A stretch of 59,573 bases of DNA, the filler included. It is 4 parts of 4 records of this genome, joined end to end, with 100 filler letters (N's around TTAATTAATTAA, not from the genome) between each part and the next. Parts side by side here need not be neighbours in the genome. Positions count along the whole stretch, not along the records: positions 1 to 16,897 come from DRR378314_783; 3 more parts are not named here. The stretch is one strand, 5' to 3'. A program made the position numbers and the translations under genes. Under the pieces are notes generated by a model, which worked only from the letters and a program-made list of their open reading frames with translations, was not told where the DNA came from and searched no databases. Positions 1-9,211 of this stretch are shown here, one piece after another (position 1 is the stretch's first letter; every line of letters begins with the position of its first letter).

Positions 1-39
1 GTTGCAAACTTTTGACCATTGACCTTTGTGGTGCTAGCG

Positions 40-212
40 CCGGTCTCAAGAACGACGCATTGAATAAATCCACGGTGTTTGCGCAGCGCCTGACAGATCA
101 CATCAGGGTCCGCCACTGTCTTAACTGCATGCACAGTGGCACCATTCTCATCGCACATGCAAATCGACGTCTCTGCTTTCGATACGTCCAATCCGACAAA
201 ACACTGTTCCAT
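40..212 (-). pseudogene. IS110-family transposase N-terminal fragment
   Basis: Manual translation gives MEQCFVGLDVSKAETSICMCDENG...VVLETG, matching the IS110 DEDD N-terminus (GLDVS...E). RBS GGAGAG is upstream, and the frame is truncated by the IS6 end. Confidence 0.75.
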
Positions 213-279
213 TTTGCTCTCCTGTCATTGCTCCAGTGCCATCATGCACCGGCCAAGAGAGCTGTCGCTCAATTACTCA

Positions 280-514
280 GAGTCTCGCCCATTCTCCAAG
301 AACGGTCGCAAGGCCCTTTGCAGCGATGTGCTGCTACAGCGATTGCACCGGAATACCGTGTTACCCATCAGTTCAGCGTGGTGTGATCCACTGAAACACC
401 GCGCTCGGCCATGATTTCATCAAGGTCTCGATAGGAGACACCGTAGCGAACGTAAAAGAAAACCGCGAACAGGGTCGCGTCTTTCGGATACGGTGCACCT
501 TTGAAAGAAATCAT
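280..514 (-). pseudogene. IS6-family transposase N-terminal pseudogene
   Basis: Manual translation MISFKGAPYPKDATLFAVFFYVRYGVSYRDLDEIMAERGVSVDHTTLN*WV...SWRMGET has an in-frame TGA at 368-370 and is interrupted at the W-x-M-D-E-T motif. Confidence 0.85.
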
Positions 515-676
515 CGACTAACCTACACCTGAATAATGCCGTTCGCTACCCCGACGCTAGCACCACAAAGGTCAATGGTTCAAAGTTTGCAACAGATCCG
601 ATACTCTTTGGCTGATTGCGAGTTTGGGACAAAACCCAACGCCTATAACGCTGGGACGTGATGCATCCGGAACGGT

Positions 677-2350
677 TCAATCCACCTCTTGGTTGCGGGC
701 TTTCGCTTGTTCGGAATCGCGCAAGACACAGCGGTTGATCTTGCCCGACGACGTCATCTCAAAACGATCCACAAAAGCAACCTCACGCGGGGCCTTGTAT
801 GCAGCAAGCCGGTTTTTTACGTGGTTTTTCAGCCTTTGTGCCAATAGCGCATCACCGTCAAAGCCGGATCGTGTGCTGACGAAGGCCTTGACGATGGCAC
901 CTCGGTCTGTGTCGGGCTTAGCAATCACCGCGACTTCGGCCACGGCAGGATGAGACAAGAGGCATTCTTCGATCTCGGCCGGGCCAATGCGAAAGCCTGA
1001 TGATTTTATCAGATCGTCTGAGCGTCCCTTGTACCAGAAATACCCGTCTGCATCACGGACGGCCAGGTCGTGCGTGCGCCAGTAGGGCCCCAGTTTCATA
1101 TCGGCGGTCTTTTCGGCATTGTTGAAATACCCCAGAAACCGCGTGGGGGAAGCGTGGGGGGTGACGACCTCTCCTGGTTCCTCATCGCCAACTTGCTGAC
1201 CATCGCAATCGACCAGCAGTACCTCGTGCCCGGGATAGGCTCGGCCCATCGAGCCTGGGCGGCGCGGGAACAGAGCCGCACAGTTTCCGATCAGGTGATT
1301 GACCTCGGTCATGCCGTAAAACTCGTTGCAGGTGACGCGCAGTTTACGCTCGGCCCAACTAAGTGTTTCGGCTGCCAGCGCCTCTCCCCCCGTGCAAATG
1401 ACCCGCAAGGCCAGATCGTGCGCGGCATGGGGGTCGGGATGCTGGGCCAGCCGTTTGATGGCCGTGGGCGCAAGAAAGCTATGTGTGACCTTATGACGGC
1501 TCATGAATGCATAGGCATATTCTGCCGTGAACCGCTCCAGCGAAGTGGCAACGGGACGACCTGCCATCCACGCGGGAAACAACATGTCCAGCAAGCCGCC
1601 GACCCAGGCCCAATCCGAAGGTGACCAGAACACTGCGTCTTCATCCTCAAGAGTGAGGTTGAAGAACAGATTGATCGAAGGTGTATAGGCTGCAAGAACC
1701 CTATGGCCGTGTATGATCCCTTTCGGTTTGCCGGTCGACCCGGAGGTATACATCAGCAACGCAGGATCATCCGCACCGCCCAATTCCGGTATGAAATCTT
1801 CGGGTGGCGAGGACATTGCCGCCTCCAGGTCGTGGTCGGTGGGACCGGGATCACGCATCAAAACATGGCGGAGATGGGGAAAGTTTTCATGCCGCAACGG
1901 CTCCCACGCCTCTCGGCTGGTCAGGATGACGCCGGTCTGACAATCGTTCAGCGCATGGGCCAGCGTATCGGGCCCGTAAAGTTGCGACAGTGTCACCGCG
2001 ATGCCGCCGATCTTGGCGACTGCCATATGTCCGATGCCCGTATCGGGGTGCTGACCCGTGTGCAGTGCAATCGGGTCGCCCGCGCCATAGCCCAGGCGCC
2101 GAAGCGCTGCCGCGAGGCTAGTGGCTGCGGCATCGACTTCGGCAAAGCTCAGAGTGGTGACGCTGCCACCCGGCGCCTCAAAGATCATTGCCGGCTTGTC
2201 ACGGTCCATCGGGCCCAGATAGTGGCCCACCGTGGCGGTGTAGATATTGTAATCCGCAGGCCATGTAATGACGTAGTCACCTGCGCAATCGCGGGTCAGG
2301 TGCAGGTCCGCCAATTTCTGGGCATTCAATGCGTCGAGATAATCACTCAT
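677..2350 (-). CDS. Acyl-CoA synthetase (AMP-forming, ANL superfamily)
   Basis: Motifs YTSGSTGKPKG, EFYGMTE, THDLA, GRSDDLIKSSG and TSSGKI. Confidence 0.92.
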   Translation of the reverse strand: MSDYLDALNAQKLADLHLTRDCAGDYVITWPADYNIYTATVGHYLGPMDRDKPAMIFEAPGGSVTTLSFAEVDAAATSLAAALRRLGYGAGDPIALHTGQHPDTGIGHMAVAKIGGIAVTLSQLYGPDTLAHALNDCQTGVILTSREAWEPLRHENFPHLRHVLMRDPGPTDHDLEAAMSSPPEDFIPELGGADDPALLMYTSGSTGKPKGIIHGHRVLAAYTPSINLFFNLTLEDEDAVFWSPSDWAWVGGLLDMLFPAWMAGRPVATSLERFTAEYAYAFMSRHKVTHSFLAPTAIKRLAQHPDPHAAHDLALRVICTGGEALAAETLSWAERKLRVTCNEFYGMTEVNHLIGNCAALFPRRPGSMGRAYPGHEVLLVDCDGQQVGDEEPGEVVTPHASPTRFLGYFNNAEKTADMKLGPYWRTHDLAVRDADGYFWYKGRSDDLIKSSGFRIGPAEIEECLLSHPAVAEVAVIAKPDTDRGAIVKAFVSTRSGFDGDALLAQRLKNHVKNRLAAYKAPREVAFVDRFEMTSSGKINRCVLRDSEQAKARNQEVD

Positions 2351-2718
2351 GTCTCAGGCTCCGGAATGAGAGCTAGTTTCGGGGGGGCGTCGCGGCAGGG
2401 GGCAAGTATGGCACGCGTGGCATCCGGTGGCAGGGCTTGCGCATTGGCGATAGCTGCACCGCAGGCCCCGTCAAAACGCACCATGGCAAAGTCGCCGTCT
2501 GCGCCGGTGGTGCGATAGACAACCGAGGCGCCGCCGTTCAACGCTGACCAACCATCGCAAGGTACACGGCAGGTCGGGCACGCCCTTAAGGGTGGGAAAT
2601 GCGCGTTGCCGCAATCTGTGCAGGTGGAAGCCAGAGCCTTGCCCTCGCGTAGCCCGTCAAGCCAGGGGGCCAACCAGCCTTCGCCAAGGGTATAGTTGAG
2701 CGTGACGTCTTGTTTCAT
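2347..2718 (-). CDS. DUF35/ChsH2-like zinc-ribbon OB-fold protein (thiolase partner)
   Basis: CTDCG..HFPP...CPTC zinc ribbon. ATGA overlap with the thiolase stop and with the synthetase start. Confidence 0.8.
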   Translation of the reverse strand: MKQDVTLNYTLGEGWLAPWLDGLREGKALASTCTDCGNAHFPPLRACPTCRVPCDGWSALNGGASVVYRTTGADGDFAMVRFDGACGAAIANAQALPPDATRAILAPCRDAPPKLALIPEPET

Positions 2719-3890
2719 GCTACCGCTCCCGCACTTAGCACCGTGACCGCGCATGTTGTGCCGACCCCGCCATGCGTGTCGGCCAACGCATGACCCAATG
2801 GACGATCAGGCTGAAGACCCGCGTGATAGCGCCCTTCCAGAAGGAGGGCGCAACTGGCGGTCTGCCCGACACCTGTCGCCCCGACCGGCGCGCCTTGGCC
2901 CATCAAACCGCCCGAAAGGTTGATTGGACATCCCCCGTCTGCGTCAAAACCACCGTCCCGCAATGTACGCAACGGATCTTCGGCAAGACCAAGGGCTGTG
3001 ACTGCCTGCATTTCGGCCCCGGCGTAGGCGTCATAAACCTCGGCGACCGCGATCTGCGCGGCGCTGAGCCCGGCCATGTCGAAGGCGCGCCTGGCGGCTT
3101 TGGTCTTGGCGGCGAAGGTGCCTGGTGCCTTCCTGTGTCCGAGCCCCGGTAGATCGGAAGCGGCGCCGATCCCGGTAATCTGGGGCGCGAAGTTGCGGCG
3201 GTTGTCAGGCGCCGCGTCGGGTGCAGACAGGATCAGTGCCGCCGCACCGTCGCTGAGTGGTGAACAATGCAACCGGCAATAGGGCGCTGCGATCATCGGG
3301 CTATCGGCGAAGTCCTCTGACGTGTGTTGGCGCGGCAGATGAGCATGAGGATTGCACATCGCATTGCCCCGGTTCTTGATCGTCACGGCATTGAGGTCAT
3401 CGCCTGTTCCCCTGTGTTCGGCGGCGAAGGCCTGCCATGACAGAGCATAAAGGCTGGTGGCTGTAACTCCGGCAAGACCATCTGTCCAGAAGTCGAAGGA
3501 ATAGCCGTAAAGTGCGCGAATGCTGTCGCCCGCCAAGGCGCTGGCGGAGGGATCTACACCAACGACAGCGACGTACCGCGCCCGACCCGAGAGGATGCGT
3601 TCCACACCCGCGTGTACGGCCAACTGGCCCGTGGCCCCGCCGCCTTCGACGCGCAGCGTTTCGGCCTCGTTTAGGCCGAAGTCCTGCGCGAGCACCGAGG
3701 CGGGATTGAGCTGAAGCGTGAAGAAGTCGCTTTCCGAGGCGACGATCAGGGCGTCGATATCGCTGCGGTCGATCCCGGCCATGGCGCGTGCTGCCTCAAA
3801 GGCCTCGCAGGCCCAATCGCGAAATCCTGTCCCGTCACGCCGCCTGTTAAATGGTGTCTGAGCCGCTCCGATCACAAGAATCAACTGCAC
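2715..3890 (-). CDS. SCP2/Ltp2-type thiolase-fold protein
   Basis: Motifs CSPLSDGAAA, EVYDAY and NLSGGL..GAPVGATG. GTG start with GGAGG RBS. Confidence 0.88.
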   Translation of the reverse strand: MQLILVIGAAQTPFNRRRDGTGFRDWACEAFEAARAMAGIDRSDIDALIVASESDFFTLQLNPASVLAQDFGLNEAETLRVEGGGATGQLAVHAGVERILSGRARYVAVVGVDPSASALAGDSIRALYGYSFDFWTDGLAGVTATSLYALSWQAFAAEHRGTGDDLNAVTIKNRGNAMCNPHAHLPRQHTSEDFADSPMIAAPYCRLHCSPLSDGAAALILSAPDAAPDNRRNFAPQITGIGAASDLPGLGHRKAPGTFAAKTKAARRAFDMAGLSAAQIAVAEVYDAYAGAEMQAVTALGLAEDPLRTLRDGGFDADGGCPINLSGGLMGQGAPVGATGVGQTASCALLLEGRYHAGLQPDRPLGHALADTHGGVGTTCAVTVLSAGAVA

Positions 3891-3908
3891 ATACCTCCCG
3901 TGACGAAG

Positions 3909-3933
3909 GTTGACTCAGATAATTTGTTCCTAC
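3909..3933 (+). promoter_or_regulatory. Candidate promoter/operator, copy 1 (GTTGAC-N6-AATTTGTT-N2-TAC)
   Basis: Lies in the divergent thiolase/MFS intergenic region. The same motif with the same spacing occurs at 5122-5146. Confidence 0.5.
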
Positions 3934-3965
3934 AAGTCTGTAATAGCATATTCAGGAGATACCTG

Positions 3966-5126
3966 ATGTCTGGTGCCATGCGCAGGTCTCATCTTGTGCT
4001 GACCATCGCAGGATGTTTCGGCGGCGGAAGCCTTTACGGATGGTCCGGCTACCTGCCTGCGGTCCGCACGCAATTCGACGTGAACAATGCATCTGCCTCA
4101 ATGGTATTCTCAATAGCGCTGGTTGGTTTCACCTTGGGTGTCCTTGTCGGACCGGTGCTTTTGGCCCTGGTGCGGCCGAGCAGCCGCCTGCCTGTGATTG
4201 CGGGCCCGGCCGCCGTCAGCCTTTTGCTTGCAGGGTTGAGCCCGGGTTTCGCGGGTTTCGCGGTCGCCTATGGTGTCTGCTTTGGTTTCACATCCGGTGC
4301 GCTTTACAATTTTGCCGTCTCTCAGGCCGCCGCTTCGGGCAATCCGACGCTTCTAGTGCCTGTTAGCGTCGCGGCTTTCGGGTTGGGCGGAGCGGCATTT
4401 GGTCCGTTGCATGTCTGGCTGACGGATGCAGGTTGGGGACTATGGTCGATTGCCCCTGCGCTGACCTGTCTTGGTGTTGTCACCGCTGCCAGCCTCGTTT
4501 GCCGAACATCAGGGATTGCCATGGATGTGTCGCACAGTATGGCCCCGGCAATCCTGCGCCCCGACAAATCCCTGGCGATATTCTGGGTCATTTTTGCCTC
4601 CGGTTCCTGTTCTGGGCTGATAGTCCTTGGCTTTGCGGCGCAATTTCTGGCGCGTTCGCCCGACGGCGTGCAGGTGGCCGGGCTTGCGATCTTCCTCACG
4701 GCCCTCGGGAACACCTTGGGACGGCTGTCCTCTGCCTTGACAACTCGGCATTTTGGCCCGGACTACGCCACCGCGGGGGCGTTGACCTTATCGATACTGA
4801 CGCTCGCCGGCCTCGTTTTTGCGACCTCATCCGCCATGGTCATTGGGCTCTTGTTTCTTGTCGCCCTAGGGTATGGCCAGTTGGCCGCAACCACCCCACT
4901 GTTGGTGAAATCGCGGGTGAGCGAAGAGGCGTTTTCCGGTGCCTTCGGCTGGGTTTTTACGGGCTGGGGTGTCGCAGGTTTGGTGGGGCCTTGGGCGGCG
5001 GGCTGGCTCCTGGATGTCACGGGAACGCTGCAGTATGCGCTTGTCATCTGCGTGGTTCTTGCAGCGCTCAGCCTCTGGCTTGTTCTGCGTCTTGCGCGAA
5101 TGAAGAATGCGGAGGGGATATGTTGA
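3966..5126 (+). CDS. MFS transporter (oxalate:formate antiporter-like)
   Basis: About 12 hydrophobic segments with motifs YGWS, NTLGR and FTGWGVAGLVGP. The ATG at 3966 follows CAGGAG. Confidence 0.85.
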   Translation: MSGAMRRSHLVLTIAGCFGGGSLYGWSGYLPAVRTQFDVNNASASMVFSIALVGFTLGVLVGPVLLALVRPSSRLPVIAGPAAVSLLLAGLSPGFAGFAVAYGVCFGFTSGALYNFAVSQAAASGNPTLLVPVSVAAFGLGGAAFGPLHVWLTDAGWGLWSIAPALTCLGVVTAASLVCRTSGIAMDVSHSMAPAILRPDKSLAIFWVIFASGSCSGLIVLGFAAQFLARSPDGVQVAGLAIFLTALGNTLGRLSSALTTRHFGPDYATAGALTLSILTLAGLVFATSSAMVIGLLFLVALGYGQLAATTPLLVKSRVSEEAFSGAFGWVFTGWGVAGLVGPWAAGWLLDVTGTLQYALVICVVLAALSLWLVLRLARMKNAEGIC

Positions 5127-5146
5127 CAGACTCAATTTGTTATTAC
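5122..5146 (+). promoter_or_regulatory. Candidate promoter/operator, copy 2, upstream of the epimerase operon
   Basis: TTGACA -35 followed by AATTTGTTATTAC. Matches 3909-3933. Confidence 0.5.
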
Positions 5147-5183
5147 TAATGTGACTTATCGCGATCCGCGGGGAGGAGAGGCG

Positions 5184-6029
5184 ATGAAGTTCGGAATTCA
5201 CGCAGGGCTTTGGATGAAAGCCTGGACGGACGATCCCGCGCCCATTTTTGCTGTGGCTGCCGACATCGGATATGACGGCGTCGAGCTGTCCTTGCTGGGC
5301 ATCGGACTGGAACGCGCGGACGAAATCCGTGCTCAGGCCGAAGGCCACGGGCTGATGCTGACCTGTTCCACTGGCCTTGGGCCAGAGGCAGATCCCACCT
5401 CTGATGAAGCAGCCGTTCGAGACAATGCCGTTGCGGTTTTGAGCGAGGCCATTCAGATAACTGCGCGGCTGGGTGCAAGCGGGCTTGCCGGCGTGGTGGC
5501 AGCGCCTTGGGGCGTCTTCGACCCTGCCAACAAGGCCGCCCGCGCTACGCGTTCTGCTGAGACATTGGCTCGGGTCGACAGCGTGCTTGGCGATGAAGGG
5601 GTGACGCTGGGTATCGAGGCGCTGAACCGGTTTGAGAGCGATCTGACATCGACCGCAGCGGAAACCTGCGCAATTGCGCGGGCCAGTGGGTCAGACCATA
5701 TCGGTGTATTGCTTGACGCATTTCACATGAACATCGAGGAAAAGGACCCGCCCGCAGCCATACGTGCAGCAGGCGACACATTGGTCCACTACCATGTGTC
5801 CGACAATGACCGTGGGCGTCCCGGCGCGGGTCGATATGATTTCCCCGCCGATGCTGAGGCGTTGGCTGAGATTGGGTATGACAAATGGGTCGTCGCCGAG
5901 ATGTTCGTGATGTCAGGCCACTCTTCTAGCCGCGACCTGAACATTTGGCGTGACATTGAACCCGATCCAACCGAGGCCGCGATCAAGACGCTGGCCTATC
6001 TAAAGGATACCTTCGGTCATGTCGGCTAA
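5184..6029 (+). CDS. D-psicose/D-tagatose 3-epimerase family sugar epimerase
   Basis: Motifs EALNRFE, DAFHMNIEE, HVSDNDRG.PG and a C-terminal E give the E/D/H/E metal site of ketose 3-epimerases. Confidence 0.88.
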   Translation: MKFGIHAGLWMKAWTDDPAPIFAVAADIGYDGVELSLLGIGLERADEIRAQAEGHGLMLTCSTGLGPEADPTSDEAAVRDNAVAVLSEAIQITARLGASGLAGVVAAPWGVFDPANKAARATRSAETLARVDSVLGDEGVTLGIEALNRFESDLTSTAAETCAIARASGSDHIGVLLDAFHMNIEEKDPPAAIRAAGDTLVHYHVSDNDRGRPGAGRYDFPADAEALAEIGYDKWVVAEMFVMSGHSSSRDLNIWRDIEPDPTEAAIKTLAYLKDTFGHVG

Positions 6030-6558
6030 GCCCTTTTTTGACACCCTCAGGGTCCGCTTTGAGATAGAGGCGGCGAGGCTCAACGCGCTGGACGCAGCAA
6101 TTGGTGACGGAGACCACGGGACAACCATGCTGCGCGGCCTGAACTCTGCGGTTGCGGCAGCAGATGGCAAGCGGGCACGCGCATTTATGCGCGCCTCAGG
6201 TGGGGCATCCGGCACACTTTTTGGGCTGATCCTTCTGGAGATCGAAGCGCATTATGATACTGGTGCTCCCTTGCAGGCGGGGCTGGCCAAAGCCTGTGAG
6301 CGGATCTGCGATCTAGGTGAGGTTGCGCAGGGCGACAAGAGCATGGTTGACGCCCTTGCCCCCGCGAATGACGCGTTCGCGACCGGTGATCTGGAGGCTG
6401 CGATCACTGCTGCCAGGGCGGGCCGCGACGCCACGAAAGACCTCTGCGCCCGCCGGGGCCGAGCGCAGTATGTCGAGAACGGTGGGCGCGGGCATCTGGA
6501 CCCCGGAGCCGTATCCGTGGTGATCTTTCTGGAGACCCTGCAGGAGGTATCGCGGTGA
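6019..6558 (+). CDS. dhaL: Dihydroxyacetone kinase family nucleotide-binding subunit (DAK2)
   Basis: Motifs LDAAIGDGDHG, GGASGTLFG, GDKSMVDAL, GRA.Y and DPGA. Confidence 0.88.
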   Translation: MSAKPFFDTLRVRFEIEAARLNALDAAIGDGDHGTTMLRGLNSAVAAADGKRARAFMRASGGASGTLFGLILLEIEAHYDTGAPLQAGLAKACERICDLGEVAQGDKSMVDALAPANDAFATGDLEAAITAARAGRDATKDLCARRGRAQYVENGGRGHLDPGAVSVVIFLETLQEVSR

Positions 6559-7574
6559 AGAAACTCTTCAACAGCGCCGATACAATGGTCACTGACATGC
6601 TTGACGGCTTTTGCAGTGCATTTCCGCAGGTTGCCCGCGGCACCAACGATCCCCGTGTGGTCAAACGGGCCACACATGTAAAAAACCCGGATGAAAAGGT
6701 GACCCTGCTGATCGGCAACGGCTCTGGCCATGAACCGATTGCGATGGGGTTCGTGGGGCGCGGGCTGCTGGATGCCAATGTGGTGGGAGACGTCTTTGCC
6801 GCGCCTTCGGCGGACCTGATCCTCGACGGGCTGACCGAAGTAACGGGCCGGGCCGGGTCGATCCTGCTGATCTCGCAACATTCCGGTGATATGATCAATG
6901 GACGTGCCGCCACCATGATGGCGAACGATCTTGGTATCCGAACCGTCGCGTTGCCGATGTATGACGACATATCGGCCGCGCCACCCGAACGCAAAAAAGA
7001 CAGGCGCGGTGCACCGGGCACGATGTTCATCTACAAAATCCTTGGCGCTGCCGCTGAAGAAGGGCGGTCACTTGATGACCTTGTGGCGCTCGGAGAGACC
7101 GTGCGCGACCGGCTCGTCACGCTTGCAGCCGCCGTCACCCCGCCGGTGTCGCCATTGACAGGTAAAGAGATGTTTAGCCTGCCCGAGGACGAGATATTCC
7201 TTGGTATGGGTGTGCATGGTGAGCCGGGTGTAGGCCGCGCCAAGGTCGGTCCGGTGCGCGATCTGGTGGCACAAATGGCGGAGAAACTACTGGCCGACCG
7301 GCCGATGGCTTGGGGGTCGCGAGCCTGTGTCATAATCAACGGCATGGGCGGCACCACATTGATGGAACTGTTGACCATCTGGAAAGAAACGCGCCGCGCG
7401 CTCGACCAGCAGGGCATCACCGCGATTGCCCCGATGATCGGAAGCTATGTGACGACGCAAGAGATGGGCGGGTTTTCGATTTCGTTTCTCGAACCTGACG
7501 ACGACATGCTGTCGCTTTGGTGTGCGCCGTCCGACACACCCTTTTTCCCGTCCATTCAAATGGAGGCCCCATGA
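6555..7574 (+). CDS. dhaK: Dihydroxyacetone kinase family substrate-binding subunit (DAK1)
   Basis: Motifs GSGHEP, GDVFAAP and GMGVHGEPG. Overlaps the dhaL stop. Confidence 0.9.
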   Translation: MKKLFNSADTMVTDMLDGFCSAFPQVARGTNDPRVVKRATHVKNPDEKVTLLIGNGSGHEPIAMGFVGRGLLDANVVGDVFAAPSADLILDGLTEVTGRAGSILLISQHSGDMINGRAATMMANDLGIRTVALPMYDDISAAPPERKKDRRGAPGTMFIYKILGAAAEEGRSLDDLVALGETVRDRLVTLAAAVTPPVSPLTGKEMFSLPEDEIFLGMGVHGEPGVGRAKVGPVRDLVAQMAEKLLADRPMAWGSRACVIINGMGGTTLMELLTIWKETRRALDQQGITAIAPMIGSYVTTQEMGGFSISFLEPDDDMLSLWCAPSDTPFFPSIQMEAP

Positions 7575-8467
7575 CATTCCCGGATGGACCAATCTTTGGC
7601 GTTGCCGTCGACCAGGGCAGCGGGTTGGAAGCCGCCTTGCGCGAGGAGCGTGGTGCGGATGCCCGTGCCGACGATCTGCTGACCTTCAAGCGTATCGTGG
7701 TCGAAACACTGAGCCCCGATGCCACCACCGTGTTGGTGGACGCAAATTTGGGTCGCATGCTGTTGCCCGCCTTTGATCCTGCCTGCGTCAAGATGCTCGC
7801 ATATGAGGCGGACGTCTATCACATCGCGGACGAGGATCGGATCACCAAGCTGCCCGAAAACCTCAGCATCGCCGACTACCCTCCTTTGGGCGTGCCGGTC
7901 TTGAAGTTCTTTCTGTACTATGGGCCGAACGATCCGGTGGAGCTCAATCAGCGCAAGGCCGATCTTGTAGCCCGGATCGGTGCGGAATGTCATGCACAGG
8001 GGGTCACGTTCCTGTTTGAACCCATTGTCTATGACCGCGCGATCCCGGATGGCACATCCAAGGCCTTTGCCTGTGCCAAACCTGCGCTGGTGCGTACAGC
8101 GACCGAAACCTTTGCTGCGGCGCGGTTTAACATCGATATTCTCAAGGTCGAAATCCCCGTGAGCCTCGCCCAGATCGGCACGACGATGAGCGAGGCGGGC
8201 GCCAGGGCCGCCTTCCGCGCAGCGGCGGAACCTGCGGGCGAGATACCACTGCTTTACCTCAGCGCCGGTGTGACCTTTGAGCAGTTTCGCGATGGCCTCA
8301 AACTGTCCCGGGCGGCGGGTGTGAACGCGCGGGGTTTCATGTGTGGGCGTGGCATCTGGAGCGATGCCATTGGACTTTTCGGCGCAGAAGGCCCCACGTC
8401 CATGGAGCGCTGGATGCAAACCGTCGGGCGCGACCGGCTGGCGCAGTTGAAAGATGCGATTACATGA
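7571..8467 (+). CDS. LacD-like class I tagatose-bisphosphate/ketose-phosphate aldolase
   Basis: Motifs AVDQ, LKVEIP (Schiff-base Lys), LSAGV and CGRGIW. ATGA overlap with dhaK. Confidence 0.85.
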   Translation: MTFPDGPIFGVAVDQGSGLEAALREERGADARADDLLTFKRIVVETLSPDATTVLVDANLGRMLLPAFDPACVKMLAYEADVYHIADEDRITKLPENLSIADYPPLGVPVLKFFLYYGPNDPVELNQRKADLVARIGAECHAQGVTFLFEPIVYDRAIPDGTSKAFACAKPALVRTATETFAAARFNIDILKVEIPVSLAQIGTTMSEAGARAAFRAAAEPAGEIPLLYLSAGVTFEQFRDGLKLSRAAGVNARGFMCGRGIWSDAIGLFGAEGPTSMERWMQTVGRDRLAQLKDAIT

Positions 8468-9192
8468 ATACCGCACCCAAATACCAAGTCGTGCACGACG
8501 AAATCCTGGCAAGGTTGCAAAGTGGCCAATATGCAATAGGCATGCGCCTGCCAACAGAAGGTGCGCTCGCGAGGGCATTCGATGTCAGCAGGGTGACTGT
8601 GCGAAAGTCGCTAGAGATGTTAGTGCGGGCAGGTTACCTGACGTCTCGGCAAGGCAGCGGGTATTCCGTAGCGACGTTGTCGCCACCCGCCTCGACCTGT
8701 TTGGTCAGCTTTACCGACAAGGTTCTGATCGAAGGTAGGACGCCCGGTGCCAAGCTCTTGCGGATCGAAACACCGGCGCGCGATGTGCCGGCGGCCGTGG
8801 CCGCGTATTTCGACGAACCCCTTGTGTTGGTTGAGCGGCTGCGCACGGTGGATGGGCAACCGCGCATGCTGACCCAGACATGGATGCCCCAGCGGTTGGT
8901 GCCGCAGATACGTGCCGCGCAGTTTCCCGAAACCGGACAGAACCAGTCTATACTGCGGATCCTGCGCGAAGAATTCGGGCTGGACTGGACGAGCGCTTGC
9001 GAGACGCTGAACAGTCTGCTGGCTACCGCCTCGGTGTCGAACGTGCTGGCCGTACCCGTGAATACGCCGATCTTGTCGCAGGCCTGTACTGCCTTCGACA
9101 AGGACAACAGGCCCGTGTTCTTTGACCTGGTATATCGCCAGGGACCCATCAGTTTTGACCTTGCCGGACCCGCCCGGCGCCAGACAGCGTGA
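8464..9192 (+). CDS. GntR/HutC-family regulator with UTRA domain
   Basis: LPTE..LA..FDVSRVTVRK winged HTH followed by a UTRA-like C-terminus. Confidence 0.92.
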   Translation: MNTAPKYQVVHDEILARLQSGQYAIGMRLPTEGALARAFDVSRVTVRKSLEMLVRAGYLTSRQGSGYSVATLSPPASTCLVSFTDKVLIEGRTPGAKLLRIETPARDVPAAVAAYFDEPLVLVERLRTVDGQPRMLTQTWMPQRLVPQIRAAQFPETGQNQSILRILREEFGLDWTSACETLNSLLATASVSNVLAVPVNTPILSQACTAFDKDNRPVFFDLVYRQGPISFDLAGPARRQTA

Positions 9193-9211
9193 CCAGAATG
9201 AGGAGAGACGC

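Larger units (their letters stand above)
1..599. mobile_element. Defective IS6-family element (internally deleted, containing an IS110 fragment) with about 45-bp inverted ends
   Basis: Positions 1-39 (gttgcaaacttttgaccattgacctttgtggtgctagcg) are the inverted complement of 555-593 with 2 mismatches. The right end reads GGATCTGTTGCAAA on the minus strand, a typical IS6/IS26 terminus. Confidence 0.8.

Noticed and set aside
213-280. Possible IS110 bridge-RNA locus
   Set aside because: Only about 65 nt of non-coding end is present, too little to support a structured RNA call by eye.
12-414. Plus-strand ORFs 12-386 and 136-414
   Set aside because: They are antisense shadows of the IS110 and IS6 transposase fragments.
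7556-8578. 340-aa minus-strand ORF
   Set aside because: It is antisense to the aldolase gene, has no motifs, and is typical of GC-rich shadow frames.
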